From Bigelowiella natans CCMP2755 (lineage: Eukaryota > Protista > Cercozoa), in assembly GCA_000320545.1 (NCBI GenBank), contig ADNK01000517.1, positions 1 to 64,000 of the forward strand: a DNA stretch of 64,000 bases. Reading direction: 5' to 3'. Below, one piece after another: positions 27,337-39,100 of the stretch. Position numbers and translations under genes: made by a program. Each line of letters starts with the position of its first letter. Position 1 is the stretch's first letter. The notes below the pieces were generated by a model. It was not told the origin of the DNA. It worked only from the letters and a program-made list of their open reading frames with translations, and made no database searches.

Positions 27337-28028
27337 GGGGATGCGGGACAAGAAGGATGGTGGCTGTTGGAAGAGTGCCTACTTTGCGTGCTATTGGGCT
27401 TTCGGTGGTCGTCGCATTGAGAGAATGTGCTGCATTCATCAACCTGCCAAACACGCGGGAACTAGTTTGGATTTTGGATCAATCCTGATCATCAAGGAAA
27501 TTGCCTTGTGTTTTCGATTTGCGACTGCATGCCGACCTTTGAACGATAATTATTTACCGGGAGAAGAAGTAGATCTATCTTGCTACATAGATCTAGATCT
27601 ACATGTAGATCTACCAGGATTATTTTTATCAGTTGATTTTCTTGCAGGGACGGAACTTGTTTTCGGCTTACTATTTGGATCAAATTTTAAGCCGAAAACA
27701 TCTTATTTCCATGACAGATTATCATGAAAATATTTTTATGAAAACTAGGCACACTTCTCCCAACGCAAGGTCTCCATTGTGGTGTTGTGTAGCGAGCCAT
27801 TCAGCCGGGGTTGGACAGGACACGCTTCTGCTCTAAGTTGCCGTATCCTTTCCCTCACTGTCCTGAAATTTTTTAATGTGTTATTGCACGCGGTGCATAG
27901 AAATAGCAACGAAATTTTGTTCACCGCTGCGTGTAATTATCTCCGATGTAGAAGACGTAGTTGGTGCATGCAGGTCTTGCTGAAGAAAGAATCAAAATGT
28001 ATGTACTAATTGATAGGCTTTCATAAGT

Positions 28029-28839
28029 ATGCCAAAGCAAAAAAAGCGGAAAGGCGGAAATGGCGACAAGAAGAAAAAGGACTTCCCAAAAAATGTCACT
28101 TCCGCTCCGAATCAGTCAACATCGCAAAAGAAAACACCAGCAGAAGGAACGGACTTCGTCGCTGTTGCTTCCGTTGATAAAATGGGCAACATTGATGGCC
28201 CTTGGATTAAGGAGATTCGAGAAATAGAGCAGGACACCAAGCACAAATTTGGAGAAAGAGGAACAGCCATCGCTGCCACCAACCCCCCTTTCGCAAATAA
28301 CGCGGACAAACTGGTAATCGTAATATGTATCCATCGTTCTTCGAACTTAGAATTTGGAATATTGATTGCTACGATTTCTATCCATTTTGATTCTCCATTC
28401 AATAGGCTCATCAGCATCCACCCAACGCCGCTGTGAGCAACATAAAACTGATGGACAGGAAACTTGTTAAGCCGGCACCAAGAAGTAGTTATACCAGGGT
28501 TTTGGGTAGTGGGCAGTCGTTGATTGGAAATATTAGAAGTGGAGTTGATAGTTTATGTGCTGCTGAGGTGATGGCTATGGCGCAGTGATGGAATATGCCT
28601 ATTTTTATTAACGGTGGTTCTTGTACATTGACGCCTCCTCCTTTGGACATACATATTGTCTGGGAAACATTAGGAAGACCTCGTAAGCTTACGATAAGCG
28701 ATCAATTTGTAGGGGCTTCGTTAGGAGGTAGAGTAAATTTATTCAGCTAACAAAATGGACAATTATCACATTGGTCATTTGGTGTATATACCTGTTCACA
28801 ATATGCTTAATCCCAACCCCAACAACCCCCCTCTTCTTT

Positions 28840-28877
<38 letters not shown>

Positions 28878-28890
28878 GAGAGACATTACA

Positions 28891-28940
<50 letters not shown>

Positions 28941-30265
28941 CAATGTATATGTTGTTAACTTACAACAAGGTAACTTGCGTCGGTTGATACATCTGCGACG
29001 CAAAGTCGCGATTGATTGCACCAACCGAAAATGGGGCTGGACCGCGCTTATGGCTGCGTCGGGAAATGGCCACCTCAACTGCGTGCGGTAGTAGTTTCAC
29101 CATTAGTAAAAGTAGTAGCATGGCAGCTGTGATTATATAAGCATTCGTGCAAAAGCTGAAAGTGAGCACTTAACTAAACAGACACACACAATTAATGGTT
29201 GCGGGCTGTCGCCGCGATTTTTTGTATTTTACATATGCGCCTAATCAACCCACTCATCACCATCATCACCATTGTAATCATTACTATCATCATCACAGGT
29301 ATCTATTGACGTGTACAGCCTGCATAAATATACAGGAAAAGGTGGTTTGATTGATTCGAATTCAATACCTTATTCTGTGCTACTTCATACTGATGTGAGG
29401 AAAATGCCATCTTTGTCCCTCTTCTTTTTCTTCATTTTTGTCGTCATTCTCATTTTACGGTTACACCCGCAGAGAAGCGGGTGGACGGCATTGATGCTGG
29501 CGGCACGTTCAATGAATTTGGACATTGTCGAGTATTTAATACGGCACGGAGCTGATATAAAGGCCCGTAGCAGCAACCATCAAACAGTGTACGGGCTCGG
29601 AGATAGAGTGCTTGTTGGCAAAGCCATCCAAAGAGGGCTAGAGGCCAGAAGCAAGATGAACAAAAGAATAAAAAAGGAAGAGGAGCAACATCATGCGAGG
29701 GGAGAAGAACAAGGGGAGGGAAAGGGCCAGGCCACCAATAGCAGGAAACCACTTCTTCAATGGTAGTACGATATGCAACTAAATATCCACTTCAATGTCA
29801 CTCAGAGTACTGTGCGTCCGAACCCTAAAATTGAATTATGAGAACAGAATACAATGGCAGATTTGCGCTTTTGAAATGACAACATATACATATGAAGTAC
29901 TGTGAATGCTGTGAAATCTTTATAATCTTTTTTCCCTTTCCTTCATTGCCTTACGTGTAGGAACGAAGACGACGTAAGACTGTGGCTCAAAGCCGTAGGT
30001 TGTTCAAAGGTGGAAAAGGCTTTTGAAGAGAACATGGTTGATGGTGAGTGGCTTCTAGACATGAACGAGCAGGTAATGGAATGGGAAGACAATAAGGATT
30101 ATATGAGAACTAGCTTTGAAAAACTTTTAGCTTTATGTAGCACTGGTGCAGCACTAATGCCTTACCAAAAAATGATAGGCATTAGACGAGCTCGGGATAG
30201 GCGATGAAAAGGTTCGCTCGAAGCTAAAACTTGAGATTAGTCGCTTGATATTAGGGCCAGACTAA
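28029..30265 (+). CDS. Ankyrin-repeat protein with C-terminal SAM domain
   Basis: Ankyrin repeats GWTALMAASGNGHLNCVR and GWTALMLAARSMNLDIVEYLIRHGADIKA. SAM-like tail LLQWNEDDVRLWLKAVG...FEENMVDGEWLLDMNEQALDELGI. Confidence 0.85.
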
Positions 30266-31056
30266 GTCGATCATATCTTTTCAATTTCACAAGGCAACGC
30301 TCTATACATTTATACTGATGATTACCCAATGTATTAAAGCGGAACTCAATGTAAATAGAAATAGCAAGAAGGAAGATGCGCTTCTCTAATGCAAGTGGCT
30401 AGCGCTCGCGTGCGGTGTTGTGCTATTATTGGTCACGATCTGCATCGGATCAATCGCTGTGCGTTACGTGGCTGTCTCATATCCAAGGCAGAGCCCAGCT
30501 ATGTCATCTGTGAGTCAGCATATAATGCATGTGATTTGTGGCACACTCCTATGTGACTGCTCTGCACTCATCTATACGTCACTGAACTGTGCAAGCTTAC
30601 ATGCATCCACGATCATCACCTTGCCTCTCATCAAGCACACTCTAGATCTCATTTTTTTGGGGATCATTGCCGTGGCAGCTCAATGTGGACATTTAACTGC
30701 AGCACTGCAGCACATTAGCACATCGCATTCATCACTCGCCCATTGAACAAAAGTGTAAATAATGTTATAAATTCTGAAATATGATGAACGACGCGTTTAT
30801 ACGTTGGCGATGTCGACATGTCGACGCGCTCCTCGATGGCACAAGTACCCGGATCGAAGTTAGATATAAAGCAAGCAAACTTTAGCGCATATGCGATGCC
30901 ATACATCAGCTAGATTAAATGACGTAGTGTTACAGGCCATACGAAAATAAGACAATCCTGATACTACGATGTACCTCTTATCAACATGTACAGCATCCAT
31001 CTCATCGATGCTAGGCAGACACTATATATTTCCTCAATAAGAATTACTTTCTTTCA

Positions 31057-32779
31057 TTATTCGAATTTTCCATAGAGGAAGTATACGCCGAAAGTGAGGA
31101 AGCCGACCATCAAAGAGAAGGCGCTCGCATAGTATGGGTATGCAACTAGAAGGAATCTGTCGTATTCATCATGGCGATAAGGCTTGACCGAAACAGAATC
31201 CATCACTTCTATTGCCGAGAAACCCGGTCGTCTGTACGAAATCTTGATTTTGTAGCATCCATAAACATCTGGAGCTTTGAGGGTAGATTTGTAGTTTCCC
31301 TTTCCGTCCGTTTCCATCGTAGCTCGCACATATGGGTCCATCATTACTAGCTCTATCTGCACATCATCATGGGTGAAAGGTTCCCAGCTGTTTGATTCTG
31401 CCATGAATTCTTGAATAACCAGCTTCACAACCTAATGAAGGCGGGGGGTGGGGGGTTAAAACCATTTATTTCAGAAAAGATACTTTATTTGTAGCAGTGA
31501 AAGTAACGGTTAAAAAAATTACCAAATCCTCCGATACACGATAAGTTGCAGGGTTAATCGCGCCTCCATCGAGTTTCTGGTGGGTGAAATTGACAGCCCG
31601 CAGGACACCTTTCTCCCTGAAGTTCCATTTGCTCAATGCAGACGCAAATGCCTGATTACCAGCTTTCTTGGCTGGTGATTTAGCATCTTGGGATGGGGTT
31701 GCAAGTGATGCAAATGCAGATTCTTTCACAGGAGCGTTGAAGTATTTGTTGCTAAACATTTCCCTCGATCCGACGAATGTTATGCGCGAATTGCTCCTGG
31801 ACTGGACAGCGCTTACTAAAACAGTGTCGGACCCTGCACTCTCAGGATATTCTTTTACAACCTTTCCTGGGACGTAAGAGTAGCCAGTAGGAGAGGCCGT
31901 AAGAACCTTGAAAATCAACGAGCTATCGTCGTTGATTGCGTGCCCGATTCCATTGTAAACAATTGGAGTGTCAACGGAGATATCCCCAACGATGTTTTTC
32001 GAATCTTCGGTTAATTTCCCAATAACTTTAGTGTGCATGCCTTGCTCGTCACCCTCGATGTCGTGGTGAACATGGTCGATAACCATCGTGTTCTGGGAGT
32101 CAAAGTCGATTCCGCACTCATTTGCCAATTCACGATTGGTTTCGGTAGGGTCGGAATCGACAATCACCATGGCATTTCTTCCGGAATCCAGGAATTCGGT
32201 CATATGGGTAACATCAAAGTCCCCTCCAAAATCTGTCGAAAAATCAACCAATTAGGAACGTGAATTATTTACTTTTCAAGAAAATGATAGCAGGTGCGGT
32301 TACCTTCAGTACTTGGCGAGAAGAGAATTACATTGTCGTATTCGAATTCTCCATATTTTCCCGCTTTAAGAGTTCGGTCTTTTGCACTGAAGAATGAAAG
32401 CTTATGCCCCCGATCTGAGCATTAGTTTAGCAGATATGATTGGCTGAATTTACTATCAATCTCTTTATTGCCTTCCCCTACGTTCTCTCCCTCTCTCTTC
32501 CCTCCAAAATATGATTTTACTGTGGATTTACATAGATGTAAACATTATTTTCCCCCTCTCGCTTCCTAAAACTCTGTGTTTCTCATTGGCATCACTCTTC
32601 AGGTCCTTGAAGAAGATCGAATGCGTGTGAGGAATTTTGGGGTCGTCAAGGATCACGAGCGTCTTGGCCTCAAACCCTATGGCGTGCAGTGTTTGCACAT
32701 TTAGGAAGAGGAAGAATAGGGACAGGATACGAATGAAGAGGTGTCGCGGGGCATTCGCAGTTGCCAGCGTGTCACGCAT
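31057..32779 (-). CDS. WBP1: Oligosaccharyltransferase 48-kDa subunit (DDOST/OST48/WBP1)
   Basis: Signal peptide, then KTLVILDD..THSIFFKDL, RELANECGIDFD, LVSAVQSRSNSRITFVGS, DDVQIELVMMDPYVR, PYRHDEYDRFLLVAYPYYASAFS, and a C-terminal TM ending GKFE. Confidence 0.95.
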
Positions 32780-33189
32780 GGTTCCAGAATGGAGGTCGTC
32801 CGCTGATTATTGCAATCGGTACCCAAGCTCGGTAGCCAGATTTTTGCCCGGGATTTCGATATTCCCCGATATTTTTAAGTTGCGTAAATCTCTAGGAGTT
32901 TGTTCTCTGTGACATCCCCGAACGATTGTCTCAAACAAAGAATTTCCTTTTGGGTTGTCCGCGGTCTTTCTCGGTTCTCCGGAGGTTCTTACGTCACGAT
33001 GTTTCAGGAAAGTATCAGCGAACGACATCCTTTGTTATATGTCGTCGCGTCGCTGCGGTCATAAATTCCGACTGGTGAAGGAAAGAGTATGTATTTTGGA
33101 AGAATATTGTAATTTCGTCTTGACGCATCTAGTAAATCAAGGACAAACTAAGAAATCTCAAAATAGTGCTCGAAACCTGATAGCTTGCC

Positions 33190-35223
33190 ATGAAGGCAGC
33201 TCGAGGGTCTTGTTTACCCAGCCCTCTCGCGCTCCTTCCCACCTCACTCACCCTTCTTTTTCTCTTTTTGAGTTCTTTATATTCTCATGCCAAACCTGTG
33301 GATACAAATGAACCCACCTGCAACTTTGTCAAAGAAATCTGCAACAGTGTCGAGAACAAAGTACAGTCCAATTCTTGATCCATAATTGATACTGAAACGA
33401 CCAGAGTGTAAAGATTCTCTTTTTAGATCCCTCTGGCTACTGGATCTCTGATATCTGCGCAAACAATTGAGGAAAATCTTTCTAATGACGATAAACGGAG
33501 CTTCGAGCACCTCCTTGGTCACGCCCTTCGAAATACATCAGCAGTCCATTTCATTTCACAGACTTTTGTGGACGTCATCAGCCAGGTTCATAATCTAGCA
33601 ACAAGACTACATATATTTATCGAGCGAATGTGATTTCTCTCTTGCCATTGTCTTGCTTTAGAATAATGTGGAATTTGGGGAGTTAGTTATTATTTGCTAT
33701 CTTCATAATAGGTGATGCAGAAAGCTGCAGCGGTTACAAATGGCACACAACCCGACCAGTCACTCCTAAAAGCATATGGAACTGGCTCTCGAGGCAACAC
33801 GGTATTTAGGAGCGAAAACCATTGATGCTGATTTTGAGCCACTCATGAATAAGTTTTATCGCAGGGCTACTCAGGGCCGTCCCTGGAGGCCATCAAATAT
33901 GCATTATCTGCCAACGGTTGGAATTTATTTTAAGTCAAATGGATTTCTAAAGGAGAATATTAATTTTACAGTCCATTACTAACTTGTTCTCCCCTTCGTT
34001 ATGAAAGGCAATATTCGGGAGAAGTGGGCTCTCATTTACATTCTAACCAAGAACCGTTATTTCGATGACGTGATGACCCCGCTAGCTGCACAGGCTAACA
34101 AAACTGGCGATATGTCTGTGCTGGAGAGCTTGGGGGTCAATGGCTCGGCTGTGGTACAGAGATATCTCGATGTGTACGCAACGAAGAACGTTCTGGATCC
34201 TTCCGAGAAGTAAGAAATGCAACATAGACGCAGGAAAATCTGATTGATCGAGGATGCGGACAGCAGTGTACGAATGAGACGAAATTGATTTATTTCTCTA
34301 GGTATAGCAATGGCATCATTGACTTTGCATTTGAACCGTTTAATTCCTGGGTTCGCTTCGACTTTGATGGCCCAGAGAACACCTGGTACCCAGATAAACA
34401 GTCGCGCTGATATCGCACATGCATCAAAGCATCTGAGATCCAATTTGCTCCTCTATCATAGGAAAGGCGTACGTAACTCGAAGGCTGGCGGATGTGGCAC
34501 AACAGACCTTTTCTCGAATGATCCTAGCATTTTCCCGCCACTGTCAAGGTACGAGCTAGAATACCAGTGCAACTCCACGCACACAGCCTGTAAGCTGATA
34601 TGGGAGCCAGGGCTGCTCTGCTACGACATCGTCAACACCCCATTCGCCGCTGCCTCCGCTTCATCATCTTCAGCGAGGGAAATCCCTGGATATTTGGCCA
34701 GAGCAGATTCGCTGGGATATCGACACGTCGCAGGGCCCTCGGGTACCACTGCTAACGTGCTCCAGCTGGCAGTCTTGCTTGGAATGGGCGGGGAGGAAGC
34801 TCTGGCACTTTTGAGATTGGCGATGGCCGCCTGGATGATTCCTACCGATGATCACAGTTTTTTTGAGATCATGCTTGGAGCTGATTCCTTCCTTCCGCCA
34901 AAGTTTCGCCTTGCCATGGGTATGTTGCTGAATGTATTCGTTCTCCCTGCCTGCTAACCCCAATTACATTCCTCCCCCTAATTATATTCCTCCGTCTGTT
35001 TCGACATATTCTTCACTTAATATTCCTTGAACCATCAGGAATGGAGGACCTGGGACAACTTATGCCCGAGAATCTCCATATAGGTAATAAGGTCTTCCTG
35101 AAGACTGACGTTTGGGGTTCAGTAGGTCAGTGGCTCCAGAGAACAGATGGGAAACGGTTATGCAGCGTTATGACTCCGGAAGCACGTAGCTACCTATCGA
35201 AACTAACAGGTATCACATGCTGA
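33190..35223 (+). CDS. Secreted protein with MCF1-SHE toxin/peptidase-like domain, ~8 exons
   Basis: N-terminal hydrophobic signal (LALLPTSLTLLFLFLSSLYSHA). Exons join in frame through GT-AG introns. C-terminal region PPLSRYE..LIWEPG..VAGPSGTT..LG..LLRLAMAAWM....HSFFEIM has the S, T and HSxxE pattern of the Tox-MCF1-SHE domain. The gene model is firmer than the family call. Confidence 0.65.
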
Positions 35224-35806
35224 AAATCAGGTGCAGCGGTACAAAGTTCATTAGAAGAATAAGCGAACTTCACATTGATGAGAAAACTAGTAGTCTTTGG
35301 TAGAGATTACCCTCCTGATACATTCCGATATCTGCAGCGTTCGTCTGCAATATTTATCTTGCAGGGCTCCCTAAATGCATGAATCTTTAGAAATTTTATG
35401 GTTACACTATACTGTGAAATCAAATTTAACTATTATTATTTAATTGTGTACACGGCATGTTTGTAACAAGCACACAAAAATAGACAGCAAAGCAATGCAT
35501 GTGGTATCGTCTGAATCGTATTATAGTCATGCGATGATGATGTGAATGAAAGCAGGTGAGGAAAAAATGTAGCGCATGTCTAGCTAGCTAGATGTCTACA
35601 AATGCACCTGATCTTGTCTAGTTGTTGGCACATTGCATTAGCGTGTGTTCGTGTGGCACTCATGCCACGAGCGAGCGTGTTGACTGGCCACAACATGTGT
35701 GACTCTAGGACTGCATGTGCTAGTGTGGCTACACCATGACACGGCTAGATCGACGGCCGCTATGGGACGCGCTCTTTGATGATGTGCACGTGCGCCAACA
35801 TCTCTA

Positions 35807-36132
35807 TGTTGCGCGTAAGGTGTTCACAGGCCGAGGCGCTACGTGCACAAGTAGGCAGGGGGGGGGAAAGGCACGTTTGCTTCCTTTTGAAGAGTTGTGT
35901 TTATTTTTATTAAAGATTATATTTTTATTAAATCGTGCACTGCGTAATCATTCGCGAAGCTTTCGCGAATGCCGCCGCACGTGGGGCAGCACACTTCCGG
36001 TGTGCTGCCATGAGTCCCGCCGGAACCCACGTGCCTATGCTGTATTAATATCTACGTTATCTATATTCTATATCCGCGACAACCCCTTTGTTGTCGCACG
36101 TGACTTGTGCCCGCGTAGTGGTACGCGCTACA
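35807..36132 (-). repeat. 3' LTR
   Basis: Direct repeat of 41197-41522. Short terminal inverted repeats TGTTGCGCGTA / TACGCGCTACA (10/11 match). AATAAA signals on the minus strand. Confidence 0.96.
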
Positions 36133-36140
36133 CCTCCCCC
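36133..36140 (-). other. Polypurine tract
   Basis: Minus strand GGGGGAGG immediately precedes the 3' LTR TGTAG. Confidence 0.75.
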
Positions 36141-36183
36141 AAGTCACGTTGCTCCTTCCTTCCTTCCTTATTCCCTTAGACCT

Positions 36184-39100
36184 TCATCGCTTTCGGAACT
36201 TCACCAACCACCAGGTAATAGATTCCTCTCTAACCTTATCTCCTTTGTCGCTTACCCAGAACTCACCTTCGTCCTTAGGTTCGTGTCCATACCAGCCCTC
36301 TGCATCAAGGTCCCCCAGGACCTTATACCAGTGCTCAAAGGGTAAGTCGGGAACAGCTAGGTAGAGTAGCTGATATTTTCCGTCCTTTATTTTCATAGCT
36401 ACCCTCTCCATATTTCGTAATCCAGGGTAGCCTAGATAGACAATCTTCATGCGCCAATCGTCGTTCACCCTGACCTTATTGTTTCCATATTCCACATCGA
36501 ACTTAGGTCGGGGTCCTAAACAAGGCATTGCTCGCTCCCACACAGTAGGGTTTACTTTAACATCCTCTAGGAGCTTCTCACCGATATCATAATTCTTTAG
36601 GTGACTGATGTGGCGCAAGGTGACCCTGTTCCCATCATAGATGTAGTACTGCTTCCTCCCCTTCCTCTCGGTAACCTTTGCAACGCCACCCCAGAAGGGG
36701 TCTTGTTTATTTCTCGATCTCAGATTTACCTTGGCCCTAACATACTGTCCTTCCTTTAGAACTCGGCCATCGTACGGGACCTTCTCGTCTTCGCTCTCGG
36801 TATCGTCGTCGTTGTCGTCGCCTTCTTCCCTCTCCTTATCCTTGATACCTCCCCCAGACGTGAAGGTGTCGTTTACTAACCCTTGTATCTTGTCTGGTGT
36901 GGTGCTATTTATCCTGCTTAGGTTGGCCAAGGTGCGGTGGAGTCGCTCTACCTTGGAGTTGGACTGGGCATAGTATACAGGTGAGGCATCAATATTAGGG
37001 TGTGGTAGCTGTAGAAGAGAGGTCTCATTATCCACATGTAACTTCTTTGGTATCTTGTTTATGCTAACTTCATCAGGGATAGCCTGGAGCTCAGACTCCC
37101 AGGTACGGTAGCAGTTAGTAAGCCTCTGCTTATATAAGCCTTTGTTCTTCTTAGCAACGTTGACCTTGATAATCTTTTTAACCCAGCACTTTCCAGTGGC
37201 CACATCAACGAAGGTAAGGTAGTGATAGCCATCGTACTTATAAACATCAATTTGCACGATATCTAAGAAGTTCCTTGCTTTGATTTTCTTAGATGCACGG
37301 CTCTTGCTGGACTCCTTGGTGGCGACGCCTGCCGCCTTCAAGCTGGAGCACCTGCAGCCACGCAGGTATGTCCTTATCTCTTTTAGCTTGTAGGGCCAGT
37401 AGTAATGGTAGAGTAGAGCAGTGATATGGTTTTCTCCTACGTGTGCAGGTCCATGGGCGGTAAAGAGAAGGGCTCCCCTGGTCCGCCGTGGCACGTAGGT
37501 ACGCCTAACATTATTAGTGTATACATATATCCTATCACTAAGTACCTCATGCTTGTGTTTGTATTTATCCAGGTGTTCTTGAAGGTGCTGGAGCTCCTCT
37601 GGCTCAGGCAGGAAGTCGCCGTCCTCGAAGGTAATCGCGTTAACCATAGGGGTGACCTGGGTAGGGACTTTCTTTTCGAACAGCCTGCTGAAATAGTCAG
37701 CAAGCTGCTTGTCTCCTGGTGCGTAGACCACTGTCCTCTTGTCCCTAAACTCTTCCGTGTCCGCCCTCATAGCTGCATACTCATCGTTAGGCGCTTCGAG
37801 CTTGCGGTCGATGCCTAGGAGGGGCTTGTGGTCAGTCATTAAGGTGAAGCTGGGCACCGACAGCAGGTAGTATCTTAGTTTCCTCTGCGCCTCAGTCATG
37901 GCTTTATACTCTCCTTTTGTAGGGCTGTACTTGGCCTCAGCTGCTGTGCAGGCCCTGCCCCACACCCGTATGATCTGCTGGTCTTGGGTAAGTACAGCAG
38001 CCATACCTAGCTTAGACCAGTCTGTCCATAGGGTAGCTGGTCTAGTAGTGTCTAGCTTAGCATTCAATAGGGTGTTGCTGCATAACTTTATTAGGTTATC
38101 GAAGTGGGCATCAAGGCCAGCCTTGGCCCACACCTTAGCGAAGCTGAGGCCTACAGAGTTCTCCTTCCGGTAAGCAGTAGTAAAAGCAGCTGCAGTCCTA
38201 GCGTAGGTAGGGGAGAACCTACGTAGTATCCAAGCTGCAGTCTGCAAGAATGACTTTAACTCCTTTGCATTCTTAGGTTTAGGGGCTTGCTGTAGTGCTG
38301 CTACTTTCTCGGGGTTTGGGGTGATGCGGCCTTGCTCCAGGTAATATCCACACCACTTGATTCTTGTAGCTAGGAATGTACACTTCTGCAGTCTAATAGT
38401 AAAACCGAAGTGTGCAAACCTAATAAATATATTTTCCAGGAGGAAGATCTGAGCGACGACTGTGTTGGTACATATTATGTCATCATCCACATACACAAAC
38501 ACAAACACCCACAACACAGACGCCATCCCATCATGTGTGTATGCCCTGTAGTTCTGACTACTGAACGCATCCCCTGATATGCTTAGGCCGTAAGGGAATA
38601 CGACGAAGTGCCACTTCCTGTGCCTGCTGGAGAACGCGGTAATGGGGCGGGAGGTTTTGTGGATGGGTGTCTGCATGTATGATTCATTTTTATCTAGGGA
38701 AGAGTAGTATTTGTATCCTATGACGTGTTCAATAACGTCATCTATCCTTGGTGTAGGTGTCTGGATCCTCTTTATTACTCGGTTGTGGCGGATGAAGTTG
38801 TGCGCCAGGCGGAAGAAAGGGTAAGTAGGTTTCTTAGCTAGCACATGTCTCACGTTCCATGGTGAGTTGCTTGGCTCTATCTTCCCTTCCTTTGCCCATT
38901 CATTGATCTGCCACTCTATCTTTTCCCAGTCCGCTTCCGGTCGCCTATGTTCTGGGTCATTGATGATGCACTCTTCGTATCCCTTCTTTAGCTCGATCTT
39001 TACTGGGGTAAGCTTGCTGGAGGGCTTCGTCGTCGGCTTGGTGATGTCAGAGTACTTCTCGTTTAATATTTTATTAATGTACTTTTTGCCTTTGTCGATA

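Noticed and set aside
29820-29830. AACCCTAA telomere-like unit
   Set aside because: Single copy in an intron; no array.
35977-36034. Hammerhead-like string CTG-CC-ATGAGTCC..GGAAC in a three-way junction of the LTR
   Set aside because: Lacks a contiguous CUGANGA, the GAAA box and a UH cleavage triplet. An HDV-like fold also fails (no P3/L3, no catalytic C in J4/2).
35736-36179. ORFs 35736-36179 and 41180-41527 with near-identical peptides
   Set aside because: Antisense read-through of the two LTRs; the similarity only reflects LTR identity.
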